47,500 bases of DNA, from contig NC_068989.1 of the NCBI RefSeq assembly GCF_001194135.2, positions 23,289,881 through 23,337,380 of the forward strand, given 5' to 3'. Below are positions 24,101 through 38,200 of the stretch, one piece after another; the first letter of the stretch is position 1, and every line of letters begins with the position of its first letter. The notes beneath the pieces were generated by a model. The model was not told where the DNA came from, did not search any database, and worked only from the letters and a program-made list of their open reading frames with translations. The position numbers were made by a program, and so were the translations under genes. This stretch comes from Octopus bimaculoides. Lineage: Eukaryota.

Positions 24101-26011
24101 NNNNNNNNNNNNNNNNNNNNNNNNNNNNNNNNNNNNNNNNNNNNNNNNNNNNNNNNNNNNNNNNNNNNNNNNNNNNNNNNNNNNNNNNNNNNNNNNNNNN
24201 NNNNNNNNNNNNNNNNNNNNNNNNNNNNNNNNNNNNNNNNNNNNNNNNNNNNNNNNNNNNNNNNNNNNNNNNNNNNNNNNNNNNNNNNNNNNNNNNNNNN
24301 NNNNNNNNNNNNNNNNNNNNNNNNNNNNNNNNNNNNNNNNNNNNNNNNNNNNNNNNNNNNNNNNNNNNNNNNNNNNNNNNNNNNNNNNNNNNNNNNNNNN
24401 NNNNNNNNNNNNNNNNNNNNNNNNNNNNNNNNNNNNNNNNNNNNNNNNNNNNNNNNNNNNNNNNNNNNNNNNNNNNNNNNNNNNNNNNNNNNNNNNNNNN
24501 NNNNNNNNNNNNNNNNNNNNNNNNNNNNNNNNNNNNNNNNNNNNNNNNNNNNNNNNNNNNNNNNNNNNNNNNNNNNNNNNNNNNNNNNNNNNNNNNNNNN
24601 NNNNNNNNNNNNNNNNNNNNNNNNNNNNNNNNNNNNNNNNNNNNNNNNNNNNNNNNNNNNNNNNNNNNNNNNNNNNNNNNNNNNNNNNNNNNNNNNNNNN
24701 NNNNNNNNNNNNNNNNNNNNNNNNNNNNNNNNNNNNNNNNNNNNNNNNNNNNNNNNNNNNNNNNNNNNNNNNNNNNNNNNNNNNNNNNNNNNNNNNNNNN
24801 NNNNNNNNNNNNNNNNNNNNNNNNNNNNNNNNNNNNNNNNNNNNNNNNNNNNNNNNNNNNNNNNNNNNNNNNNNNNNNNNNNNNNNNNNNNNNNNNNNNN
24901 NNNNNNNNNNNNNNNNNNNNNNNNNNNNNNNNNNNNNNNNNNNNNNATATTTTGTTGTATACCCAATTGAATATTAGCTAATAACCCATTTTCTATAGCG
25001 ATGTTTGAACAAAAATTTTAATAATTTTATATTTTGTTGAATTTACCTGTATTTACCTGTAATTAAAGTCACTTTGTGACAAAAATTTTGGTATAGAATT
25101 GGTTGAGAACCGTTCGTTAATTTATCTTCCAAAAATCACATTAATATGTTGATAAATAAAAAAGTTAGTTGTTTAACGAAACCAGCCTAAATTTATGATT
25201 ATGTTAGAAATTAATTGAAACACATAAGGGGTGTAATTTGGTTAGAAATATGGTAACGAAAGGGTTAAACTTAGAATGATGCAATGAATACACAAGTTAT
25301 TTGTCCATCCATATGATAACCCATTATATCTTGTGATATCAATATCCTAAAACCAAAGTGCCAGGTAAAAAGCATTGGTGTAACTGCTGGTACCTTGCAC
25401 ACACACTGGTGATGGTGCCATGTAATAAGTACTCTCTGTAAAGTGGTTGGCATTAGGAAGGGCATCCTAGAAACTAGAGACCAAACCAAAACAGAAACCA
25501 GCAAGGCCAGGAGCTGCACCAGTCTATCAAGCTGTCTGACCCTTACCAGTATGGAAAATGGATGTTGTGTGTTATTGACGATGATGTAATGACATGCATG
25601 TGAATTAGATTTAAATGAAAGAAAATTGTGCAATGTTAGCCTCACTCTTAGCCAGACATTCCTTGACCCAGAGACAACTTGCAGTTAAGATGGTTGGTGG
25701 TAGGTCTTCATGCAATGGCTGACCAGATTTTCTTAATTACAATGTTTTCTTCTTGCTGTATTCCATAACATTTATTCAAACTGCCATTTTGATCATTAGA
25801 CACAGCTGTGTTCATTTGTTCAATCAATCAGAATCTGACTTTATATATATATACATATATATATATATATCTATATCTTCTATAGCTATAGTATAGCTCG
25901 GTTTGTGTGTGTGTGTGTTGCATCTATAGAAATCTACACCTTACAAGATAGCAATCTGGGAATCGCACCAATGGATTCCTCATGGTCGAAAATGCCTGGA
26001 ATCAGCCATTT

Positions 26012-26055
<44 letters not shown>

Positions 26056-29000
26056 GTTGCTTCCTAACACGTGAATTAAAAATAATTTTAAACCATCAGT
26101 TCTAACAATTTTCAAATCGTCATTATTTGCAAACATGAGTTCAATCCCCTTCTACCTACGCTGTAAACAGATAGCGAGAGAGAAACATAACTGATTTTTT
26201 CAATATCGTCTTTTTACTGGATTATTTTGTAAACAATGTTACGAAACTTCATATTTTAGAATTATATATATATATTATATGCTCAGTTATTAGACTATTT
26301 TCGTTACTCATTGCACGGTGAACGGCGTAAGCTTTTATAAAAATACCGTGGATTTCTTACTCGGAAACTGAAAGAAGACTGTCGTATATATGTGTATATT
26401 TGTATATGTGTGTGCCTGTGTCTTGTGTTTGTACCCCCACCATTGCTTGACAACTGATGTTGCTGTGTTTACATTCCCGTAACTTAGCGGTTTGGTAAAA
26501 GACACTGACACAATGAGTACTACGCTTACAAAGAATAAATCCTGTGGTTGATTTCTTTGACCAACGGCGGTGCTCCACCATGGCCACAGTCACATGACTG
26601 AAACAAGTAAAGCAATAAAAACCTATGCCATTTTAATCCCGAGCAAGGCCAGGTATCTCTGCTAGCGCACACACACACGCACGCACGCACGCACCCCTAC
26701 CTACCTACCTGCCCTCTTCTGATTTAGTCCACTTATGAAAGGGAATTACTATGAAAATGTTTAGTAAAATATTAGTTTCAAATTTCGATACAAAGTCAGC
26801 AGTTTTGGAGGAGGGATAAGTCGATTGCATCAACCCCAATACCCAACTGGTACCTATTTTATTGACCTCGAAATGACGAAAGGCAAAGTTGACCTCAGCA
26901 GTATTCAAACTCAGAATGTGAAGATGGGTGAAATGCCACAAGACATTTTGCCATGTAATAAGCACCACTGGTGATAGTGCTTGTTACATGGCACCATCAC
27001 CGGGGCTTATTACCAGGTACCAGCAGTTACACCAATGATTTTTACAGGGTACCTTGATATTAGGATATCAATATCACAAGATATAATGGGTTATCATATG
27101 GATGGACAAATAACTTGTGTATTCATTGCATCATCCTAAGTTTAAGGTCCACAAAACAATCATTAGTCTTACAATAACAAAATTACTGAGAAGCATCTTT
27201 CATGCTAATGATTCTGTCAGCTTGCTGCCTTAATGTTAAGTAAAATACTGATTGCATATTTTTTAGTGTGTTTATATCCTGCATCATTTTAAATCAAGTT
27301 TTGACATATTCCCATTTCTTCTTCCTTTACATCTGAAATTGGTCTCATAAGAGGAATCTAATCTTTTGTTTATTCATAAATTGTACTGTGTACTCTTATA
27401 AGGACCTCTTCCTAAATACTGCTGTAGTTTTTATGTTCTTTATAACCGATTTGTTTTGGTTCTTAGTATGTTAACTTTGACCCTTTAGCATTCAGATTAT
27501 TTTGTCAAATGCAGTGCTTATATATTTGCATTATATTTAATTAATCGGGCATTATCGTGCAGTTTCAATATTTCAAGTATGTGATTATTTTTAGAATGAC
27601 ATTGTAGAATAGGTATGAGAAGCCAGATAGAAGGTAGAACAAGGGCCGGATATAACCAGTTTAAATGCTAAAGAGATAAGACAAGACGCTTATACTCTTG
27701 ACCATTCAACCAGATTTGGAACTTTTCTGCAACATTGTGCTAGATTTTACAAGGAGCAGTCATTGAATAAAAACTCTGAAAGACAGTTAGCTATCAACTC
27801 TTGTTTGAACTTCCACAAACTTAATTGACTAATTAGAGGTTAAGCTAAGAGTCATTATGAATGTCACCTCTGCACTAGATTCCTTAAAAAAAATCTCTGC
27901 CTACTCAAAACTTATAGCTTTCTTATACAATGCTTGAACCTATTCTTTTGAGCCATCACCTACATTCTTAGAACATACCAGATTAAAAAGTATGGAACCT
28001 TGTCAAAATCTTTTGTGTGCTAAGTACAAAATAGTGTTTATTATTCATTGTTTTAATAATGAGTATGTTAATGTCTTCATGCCATCTTACAAGAGGTGGC
28101 AGTTTTTGTCTAATAGGAATAATTGTTCTAAAGATCTATATCTAGTACAGGTTGACATAAAGAAATCTGGCAACCTCCAGACCTGAGGAATGCTGGATTT
28201 TAAAAAAGCCAGAGTTTTTATGGTTATATATGCTGTATATATTTAACAGAAAATTATTATCTGTACAGTCCTTTAAAGAGAGAAAATTGAACACTAAATA
28301 AAAAGCAAATAAAATTTTAATGTTCACTAATTAAATAAAATAGGTCTACAGAATTTTAATTCAACTAAATAAAATAGCTTCTCAGAATTTTAATTTAAAA
28401 AAATCCTCTGAATTTTAATTCAGCTAGATAAAATAGTTCCTTAGAATTTTAATCATTACTGTATCCTTGAAAGATGGGCTGTCAGGATCATTATCTTCAT
28501 CAGTGACACAGGAGGAAATGTTGATGGTGGTGACAGCACATCTGATTGACTTGAACTTGATGGCAGTGGATTATCAAGTGTGGACACTGCTGCAGCTTCT
28601 TCCTGCTTCCTGGTTATTTTCTTGAATATATTGTGCAGTGTCTATTGCTTTATATATTTGGGTCTTTCTCTAATAAGTCTACTTTGGAGCAAGTAAACAT
28701 TTATGATTTCTTGTTCACTTACAAAACTTCATTCTTCTAGTCCAGCCAGCAGTTCAGTTGTCAATGTAATTAACCTGTCAATAAAGATTCTTTCTCTCAC
28801 ATCTTCCTCATTTTCATCACTGCTTTCATCTTCATCACTACCTGTACAGGCATTTCTCTCTGGACTTTTAATCATATCTACAATTTCAGAATCTATAATG
28901 AACTGTAGGCACATTATCATCAATATCCATCCATTCTGTTAAAACATATTCATTTATCCTTGATGAAAGCTCTGGCATCAGGATTAGTTACATCTTTAAC

Positions 29001-32000
29001 ATTAGCAATAAATTCCTGTATAGGCTGCATTTCTTTGGAAACCCTAAACTCTCCAAAATTATTTTCAGTGCCTTCGTTACAATGAGAAGTAAACATTAAA
29101 CTTGGCCACAATTTATGCCATCCATCTTTCAGTGTTGATGTTTTCAGGGACAAAACATTTTTGAAACCAATCTAATGTAATATCAGTGGTAACCCACCCC
29201 TTCTTGTTGGCACAGTAATAGACAGGAAACTGTGTCATTCCCTTGAAAGCCCTTAGATGTAAACTTTTCCTGATAACAAGCAACTTATTCGTAACATTAG
29301 AGCAGCACATTACTATGATGCGATCCTTTGAAGCTTTAAACCCCGATGGTGATTCTATATTCTCAGTTGTCAGATATCATTTTGGCGTACAGCTCCAAAA
29401 CAAGGCAGTCTCGTCAGCATTGTACACTTGTTCAGGACTTAAATGTTCATCACTAACTGACTTTGCAAATTCATCTACATATTCATTAGCTGCATCTTTG
29501 TCTATTAAATGCTTTTTCACTACACAATGCACGAAACTGTAAGCCATGTAGCAACTGGAAACGATGCAGCCAACCTTCTGAATATTCACACTTGTGTTGC
29601 AACCCCAGCTCTTCATGAAAAACTTTGGCTTGTTCCTTTAACGACTCACCAGAAATTTTCACACCTTCACTTACACGAAGATTGAACCAGGTTATGAGAA
29701 CTTGGTCCAGTTCCAAACTTTTTCCCTCTGTCATTGATTTCTTCACAAACATTTGCTTTTTTTGATCCACTGTCAGAGAAGAGCTGGAACAGTTTTTCCT
29801 TTTGTTTTTTAATATCATACACTGTTGAATAGCCAATGTCGTATGTTTCACAAATGGTTCACACAGACGCGCTGCTATTAAGTTTCTTTAGCATTTCCAC
29901 TTACTCTACTATCGACAATGCATGATGTTTACGTTTTACGCCACCTCTTTCTTTACTGAATCCATTATGGAGCTATACAGCAGCAAATAAATGATAAAAT
30001 GAGAAGGAATGAGCATCAAAACCTAAATGGCGCCTCCAGAAAACCGTGGCTTGCCAATACAGTATAGAGGAACCAGATTTTCGAATGTCAACTGTAACAA
30101 ACAAGTTAAGGGAGATAACTTGTTTACTTGATTTCTTGGAAGTCTTGTAATTTAATTTCTTAATTAAGCTATCCGAAGGTAACAGGTATTACAATAATAA
30201 AGATTTGAAAGGTCAGATTTATTCAGAAAATATTACCGTTATTAGAAGTTAATTTGTTTTACTTCTGGGATGATTCCAGTGTGTCAGTAAATTTATCTGG
30301 TTTAATCACGTTTTTCAATCATTTCTTGGAAAGTGCTAGGAAATTTCAGTAAAAAACATTTTTCCTTACTAAATTGATTTGTTGTTTTTAGTAAATTCTA
30401 AAGTACCACTATACTGAAAACATACTGAAAACAGTACAACTAATGCAACTTACTTTGACTTACAATATTCATACCCTATGCAACCAACCATTGATTGAAA
30501 GTTTGGTCTAAAACCAGGCTTAAAGAATGGTAAACTAATATAACTAGTGAAGTAGGTTGTTCCCTGTTTAGTCAGCTGTCTTGTTGCATGTTTACTCAAA
30601 CCTAGTTAATTATGGCTATGCAACAATGTAATTAATGTTTTCCCTGTGCATATGAGGAGGTGCTGAAAAGTTCCTGGCTTTGGGTAAAAGAATATACAGG
30701 AAGATCAGTTAATTGTGATTTTATTCAACATGTTCCCCTCTCAGATTCACAAACTTATTGCAACTGTCCTTCAGTTTTTCTAAGCCCTGTAATAGAACTC
30801 CGAAGGTTGGGTCTCCAACCAGGCCTTTCATGATAGCTTTAAAGCCAGGAACTTTTCAGCACCTTAGTTCAATTTAGTATCATCAGTCATTATCTGTTTT
30901 CCATATGGGCTTTGGATGGATGGCTTGACAGGAACTGGCAAGGCCAGGGGCTGCACTAGGTTCCATAGTCCATTTTGGCTTGGTTTCTACAGTTGGATGC
31001 CCTTCTTAATACCAATCACTTTACAGGGTGTACTGGTTACTTTTTACATGGCACCGGCACCCAAACCAGTGCTTTTTATGTGGTATCTTGTCTTTAGGAT
31101 CTCAATTGTTGTAGTGGACATGTCTTCTTGAGTGCAGCAGTGTGCTACAGTTCTCTGTCATCCTCATTGTAATGTTTTGAGATTGGCCTTCAGTATTTCA
31201 TCCCAGGTTTTCCCGGGACCTCCCTCTTCCACAACTTCCCTCCACTTATACATACCGTTACAGTTTATCATGTTTGCCTTGGGGTTTCATGACTTAAAAT
31301 GGCTTCATCTAGAAGGTGCCAGGAATCTAAATCCTGATTTCACAATGTGATACTTTAGCTTCTCGTTTCCTGGTATTAAGCCATCTCCCCCAATACCACA
31401 CCCTCTCATTTGAGGGGGTCTTGTCTTGCTAGTTGGTGATCTCACTAGTGCCATTGATGCATAAAAAGCACCCAGTGCACTGTAAAGTGTACCGGTATTA
31501 GAAAGGGCATCCAGCCATAGAGACCATGCCAAAGCAGACTGGAGTTTGGTGCAGTTTGCTGGTTTATCATCTCTTGAGTCATCCAGCCCATGCCAGCATG
31601 CTAAATAATGATCATGAGAAAGACATCGAAATTTGCATTTTCCTTATTTTTTCGAATACCTTCTTTACGTGTTCTATATGTTCATGTGATTCATTTTTTA
31701 TTAGGATATTGTCTAAATAGGCGATAGGGAAGTCATGTATTCATGGCTAATAAGTGTGAGCATTCTTCTTCTATTTGGATTTGTAGATATGCCTCTGAGA
31801 AGTCTAATTTTGAGAAGAATTTCCCTCCATTCAATTTTGCAAACACTTCCTCAGGATTCAGCAGTGGGTAGTTACATGAGATTAACCAATCATTGAACCC
31901 TGTTGAAAAATCTGCACAAATTCTTATTTTTCCTTTTTACGTAGACCATAAGTGCTGCCCAATCTTAGTGGTCCATCTTCTTGATTATTCCTAGGCTTTC

Positions 32001-35000
32001 AAGACTTTCGAGTTCATTATTTACTTGTTCTAGTGCCATGAACAGTACTCTCTCTTTATTTGTTTCAGTCATTTGACTGCGGCCATGCTGGAGCATCGCC
32101 TTTAGTCAAGCAAATCGACTCCGGGACTTATTCTTTGTAAGCCTAGTACTTATTCTATCGGTCTCTTTTTGCCGAACCACTAAGTGACGGGGACATAAAC
32201 GCACCAGCATCGATTGTCAAGCAATGCTAAAGAGACAAACACACACACACACACACATGCATATATATATATATGTATGTGTATACACATATATATGACG
32301 GGCTTCTTTCAGTTTCCGTCTCCCAAATCCACTCACATAGCTTTGGTCAGTCCTAGGCTATAGTAGAAGACAGTTGCCCAAGGTGCCACGCAGTGGGAAT
32401 GAACCCGGAACCATGTGGTTGGTAAGCAAGCTACTAACCACACAGCCACCCCTGCACCTTCCGTTTTAGCTTAAATACAGGTGTTGCACTATATTTTACT
32501 ACAATTTTTGTCTTTGTTTTTTGTGTAGCAGCCCAGTTTATCTGAGAAAACATCTGGAAATAAATGTTTTATTTTTTGTTTCAATCCCTCAGCTGCATTC
32601 GAACCTTCGACTGAACTGACTATATTCCTGCACAAAACACTAATAGGTGTATTCCACAATTTGAATAGTTCCATCCACCTGTATTGAATAGATTAACGGA
32701 ATTTTTTAATACATATACCTTTGCTGTTTTCATTTGGTCGTGAAATGTCACATTACACACAAAGTTGCCTACAAAATACAATCTTTTACCCGTAACACTG
32801 TGTGATACTTTTGTAGATTTACTTAATTTCGGCTTACCGATATACTTCGTTTCTTCATTCACAATGGTAATATCACTTCCAGTAACTAACTGCATTTTAC
32901 CTCTTGTATTTTCAATTTTCACATTTACGAATTTCCTCTTTGTCATATTACCATTTTCTTTCCATGACATCTTGTTTATTTTTTTTCCTTTGTTCCAACG
33001 TTTTGTCATCTTGGTTTTATAGTGTGCTTTTATGTGTCCAGTTTTTCCACAACAGAAACAGTCTTAAACGGGCAGTTTTTTCTCAGGTGTAGACCTTCAC
33101 ATGCAAAACATGGGTTTGTTTCTTGATTCTTGTCCTGTTTGTACTGTACTTTAGTATATACTTGCTTTCTATTCTGCCTGTTTCACACTTGTTTCACTTG
33201 TTAAATTTTCTGTCGTATCTTAAATTTACTATTCTTTCACATTCTTCTGACACTTGTAAGGTTTATAGCATGGTTTTGCTCCAGCTTAGTGAGAATTCTT
33301 GTTCTAACCTCTGCATCTTTTTCTGCAGTTAGTCCAAGTAAATATCAGCCACTTGAACATATCTGTTGTTAATTTGTCCAGTTAGAACTTTTCACATTTT
33401 AAGTTAACTCTGCCAGCATGTGTGATGTAGCCCTCCTTGTTCTTTTCTAGGTTCAAACATTTCCAGTGTGTATTGAACAAGCTTTCCTTGCTAAAAATAT
33501 TACACAGTATGTCTATTGTATTTTTAAAGTTTGTCAGAAGGTTTTTCAGGAGTACGTAATTGCTGTAACATCTATGTTCTCCTGCTGTCAGTTTTCTTAA
33601 GATTAGACGCGTTTTCATATTGTCCCAATCTTTGCGCTCTTTATTGAAGATCTGTTCGTATCTTCTATAGTACGCCTCGAAGGTAACTCCTTCGTCTGGT
33701 TCATACTTAAATTCCGTCATTGAGTTTGCAATAAAATCTGGCAAGAACATCTTTGCAGCATTTGTTTGACGACTTGATATTCATTAATTGCAGCATTTGT
33801 TGTTGTAATAGTAATTGTTGTTGCTCTTTCAGTTGTTGTTGTTGCTGTTTTTGCAACTTGAGCAAACTGGCTAACAATTCTTCCATTATTTTATGATTTT
33901 GTATACTGTAAAATTCGCACAAAGAACTTTTGTGAGTTTCATAACTCCTTGTGAGTTTGTTAATTCCTTGTCACCATTGTTGTAATCCTCTGTTGGACTG
34001 TTACAATGTCCACTCCTGTATAACAGTATAGTTAGTTAGGCAAGTAAGTCATGACTATGTATGATCAACTACTCGACTGCTTGACATCACAATATTTGTA
34101 ATGACTAGCACATACCACTTGTCATATGAGAGGGGTGTTCCATTATAACTATTATCCCCATAACAGTAACATATGAAATATATATATCCCTTGAATTGTA
34201 TGATGCTGTAGAGTTCTGAGGTGAAATCTTTTCATAGATGTATTAAAAGCACAGTGTATAGCGAAGTGAGGCAAACATCATCTCAGTAGTGACTCTTGAG
34301 AAAGCCAGACATGTTTCTTGGGGTTTCATCAGTGATATGGACCTACTTGTCACAAGCCTAAACAAAATTTATCCCTGTGATATTTAGGAAATTGAATAAT
34401 ACATCCACTGGTATTGTGAAAATCTTGCTGGGTTGTAGAGAAACTTGATATACATAATTGAAACATCGAGCAGCCCCATTTTATCGCAAACTGCATCTGT
34501 CATTCTCGTGTCATTGATGTGATGTTTGCTTCAATATGTATTTGTTTTAACACAAGTCTATGGAGAGATTTTATCTCAGACAGTTCTACAATATCATGCC
34601 TGTCAACACTATATATACATTTAGGAAGATACACAATGGCAATTTTAATTTAATGCTGTTTCACTTGCATTCACTAAATATTTTTACATTCTGTTTATTT
34701 TATCACGACTAATATTATTCCTTTCTCATAATAATCTGTGACTCCTCACAGATTATTATGAGAGTTTACTGAGCTATTCTATATATGATAATTTTTTTTA
34801 AATAGCACTTCATTTTTTTTTTTTTTAAATTTCTAGATCGTTTCTGCAAACTATGATGGTAAAATGAAGTTAACAGTGGAAACAGATGTAGCATCTGTTT
34901 GTACTTATTTCAGGGATTTGACAAACCCTAAATGGAGTAAGTAACCTTTATATTTTAAACTTCTTTTCCCTACCCCCATATTTTTTTCTTCTTTTTTTTT

Positions 35001-35200
35001 CCAGTTATTAGACTACTGCTATGCTGAGGCACTACCTTGAAGGATTTTAGTCAAATGAATTGATTCCCTGTACTTTTTTTATTTTTTAAGCGTAGTGCTT
35101 GTTCTATCAGTCACTTTACTGAACCGCCAAGTTATGGGGACATAAACACACCAACACTGGTTGTCAAGTGGCAGTTGGGGCAGATACACATGCGCATGTG

Positions 35201-35237
<37 letters not shown>

Positions 35238-38200
35238 CGGGCTTCATTCAGTTATCACCTACCAAATCAACTCACAAGACTTTGGTAAGTCTGAGGCTGT
35301 AGTAGAAGACACTTGCTCAAAGTATCACGCAATGGGAGTGAACCCAGAACCATGTGATGGGAAAGCAAGCTTCTTACAAACCTTGCAATGTGAAAATAGT
35401 CAGTGTAAACTTGACAATGTAAAGAATGTGAAATGGTTACTGGACTAAGATGAATTCAGAAGTAACAACAGTCCAGTCAAAAAAAAAAATGATAAAAAAA
35501 GAAGAGGTAGAGAATAAATCATTAGGCTGGTGAATAAAAAAAGAGCTCACCAAAAGAAGTCTTCACATTTCAGAGGTAAATGAAAGAACTTTCTAAAAAC
35601 TCTCAAAAGAACTATTTATTCTCCTCTTAAAGTTCTTTTATTTTGGTTATTGTCAACTCCTCTGACTTCTGTAACCGCCTGCTCTAAGCAAGTTGGCTTG
35701 CTGAAGTCACGTGCAGTCTCCTGAGCCACGGACACGGACTGTTGGAGCCTGTTGGTGGTATCAGGAGGCCTGCATGGGGTGCCACAATTGGTGTCATTAA
35801 AAGATCTGTCTTCTGGTTCAAGTTTTTCCTATCCTGTTCCTGCAACCACTGTGTGTGTTTTACTTTGACTTCGTTTACCTCATTTCAGTGGTAAATGGAA
35901 GAACTCTCTGAAAACTCTCTAAAGCACTGTCTATTTATTCCATAAATGTTTGTTCACCTCTTAAAGTTCTTTTATTTTGGTTATTCTAAATGGTTTTGTT
36001 TGTTACCATCCCATTTCTGACGCCAATTGTTGCAACCTCCTGATACCTTAGCCATGCACCAACAGTCAGTGTCCATAGCTCAGAAGACCATTGGTGAGTT
36101 CAGCAGGCCAACTTGCTTAGAGCAGAAGTGGTGGTGGTTACAGAAGTCAAAAGAGTTGACAAAACCATTAAGTGTAACCAAAATAAAAGAACTTTAATTA
36201 AAGAGGTGAATAAACATTTATGAAATAAATAGACAGTTCTTTAGAGAGTTTTCAGTTCTTCCATTTACCTCTGAAATGTGTAGACTTCTTTTGGTGAGCT
36301 CTTCTTTTATTCACCAGTCTAATGATTTATTTTCTACCTCTTTTTTAATCTTTTTTTTTTTTTCGACTGGACTCTGTTGTTACTTCTGAATTCATCTTAG
36401 TCCAGTAACCATTTCACATTCTTTACATTGCCAAGTTCACACTGACCATTTTCGCAGCAAGTTCAAAACTGTCCACTGTTCACATTAACTGTCACATCCA
36501 CTGTTGCATCGAACTGGCTTATTTACTGATGCCAAACTTCCTTGACACCAAATACTGTGCCAACTGTTCCACATGACAAGAGTACTCACCATGAACTATC
36601 CATCTCTAACAATTTGTCATTCTTTTTTTTACACCCTCGTGAACTTATTTACTCACCCTTCCCAATCGTCTGTATTCTTATACTCACGTTATCTTGATGG
36701 TATGCTTTGATACTTTGTCATAACCATCTTTATCTTCTTTCCAGGCACCCATTCTAGATAATGTAGAGTAGCCATGAATTTCCTCTACTCCATGATGCCT
36801 GTGTCTGTCTCTCAGTCATACTTTAGCTTCTCACCACCTGGCATAAAACCACTTCCTTTTCTACTGCAACCTCACTCAGTTGAGGGTTTTTTTCTTACTT
36901 TGTCTTGCAATTTACTTGGCGGCCTCATTAGTGGCTGGTGTCACAAGAAAAGTACCCAGTACACTCTGTAAAGTGGTTCGGCATTAGTGAGGGCATTCAG
37001 CTGCAGAAATCATGCCAAAACAAACAGTGGCTCTTCATGCAATCCATTGGGTCCTTGGATCTTGTATATTAAATGACACTTTGGTCATTGTATAAAAAAT
37101 GATTGATAGAAACAAAAGAACTTCAACTAGATTATTCTCTGAAGCAGTAGTTCTTGACTATTTTTTATCTATGGACCCCTTTAATTACAGTTTTCCTCTG
37201 GTGGATCCCCCGTAGCTATTTGATGTTTAAAAAATAGTTTTATAGCTACTTCTTTCAAAATTTCTAGGACTATGTAAATTGTCAGAGAAAGAAACATAGC
37301 TGCTTCTTGTAATAAATACATCTAAACTAAAAATTTTTCATGGATCCATAAAATACTATTTGGACTCAATTTACTATTTTGCTTGTGTGGACCCCCATAA
37401 AATCCTCATAAAATCTTGTATGGACCCTGGTTGAGAACCACTGCTTTAAACAAAAGTTTATTTAAATGCTAATATTTTGCTTTTATTCTTTAATAAATGT
37501 TTCTCTCCTACATTTTGTATATTAAATTACACTTTTCTACAATAAATTTATTCTTTTCCAGAGGACAAAAATAGCGATCTGATCCAGTCCTCTTCCAAAG
37601 ATCCTTCTGAGTTCTCTGAAGTGAGAGTTGACCTCAAGAAATTTGCTCAATTTCTTAATGGTCTACAATTAAATCCGTCACGTGTTATATGTAGTAAGTA
37701 TATTCTTTCTTTTACATAGAGTAAGGTATTAACTTTGTTCATTATTAAGCATTTCATTGTAACCCAGTGCATACCTAGAATTGGAAGAAATAGATTACCA
37801 GACAAAATACCGACACACCAACATTCCAGTACCTCAGTTCAATCCTGCAATAATTCACCACTGCCCAACACTAACCTGTTCTCTTGGTTACCTAGATTAC
37901 GTTGCATATCCCAGTTTTGTTCTGTAAAGTTGTACATGTGTTTATATAGAATTCACTAATGCATGGCATAGGTTTGGCTGGGTGGTTAAGTTTACTTCCC
38001 AACTACATGGTTTTAGGTTCAGTTCCATTGCATGGCACATTGGGCAAGTGTTTTCTGCTGCACAGAACGGATAAATAAGGCATATTTCCGATGGTAGCAT
38101 CACAGTGGGAAGCAGTCTTTGGCAGGGTCATAGTGAAGTATTTTAAAAGACCACTGACTGACCAATGACTTTGATGTGCCCCTATGCAGAGTCTTCAAGT

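Noticed and set aside
20941-24981. Long ORFs made of X residues
   Set aside because: Artefacts of the two N gaps.
28330-28453. Repeat array as CRISPR
   Set aside because: Eukaryotic context, imperfect AT-rich units, no unique spacers of constant length and no cas genes.
11-38060. SINE heads as tRNA genes
   Set aside because: They have A/B-box-like motifs but no complete cloverleaf and continue into SINE bodies; only 10957-11029 is a full tRNA.
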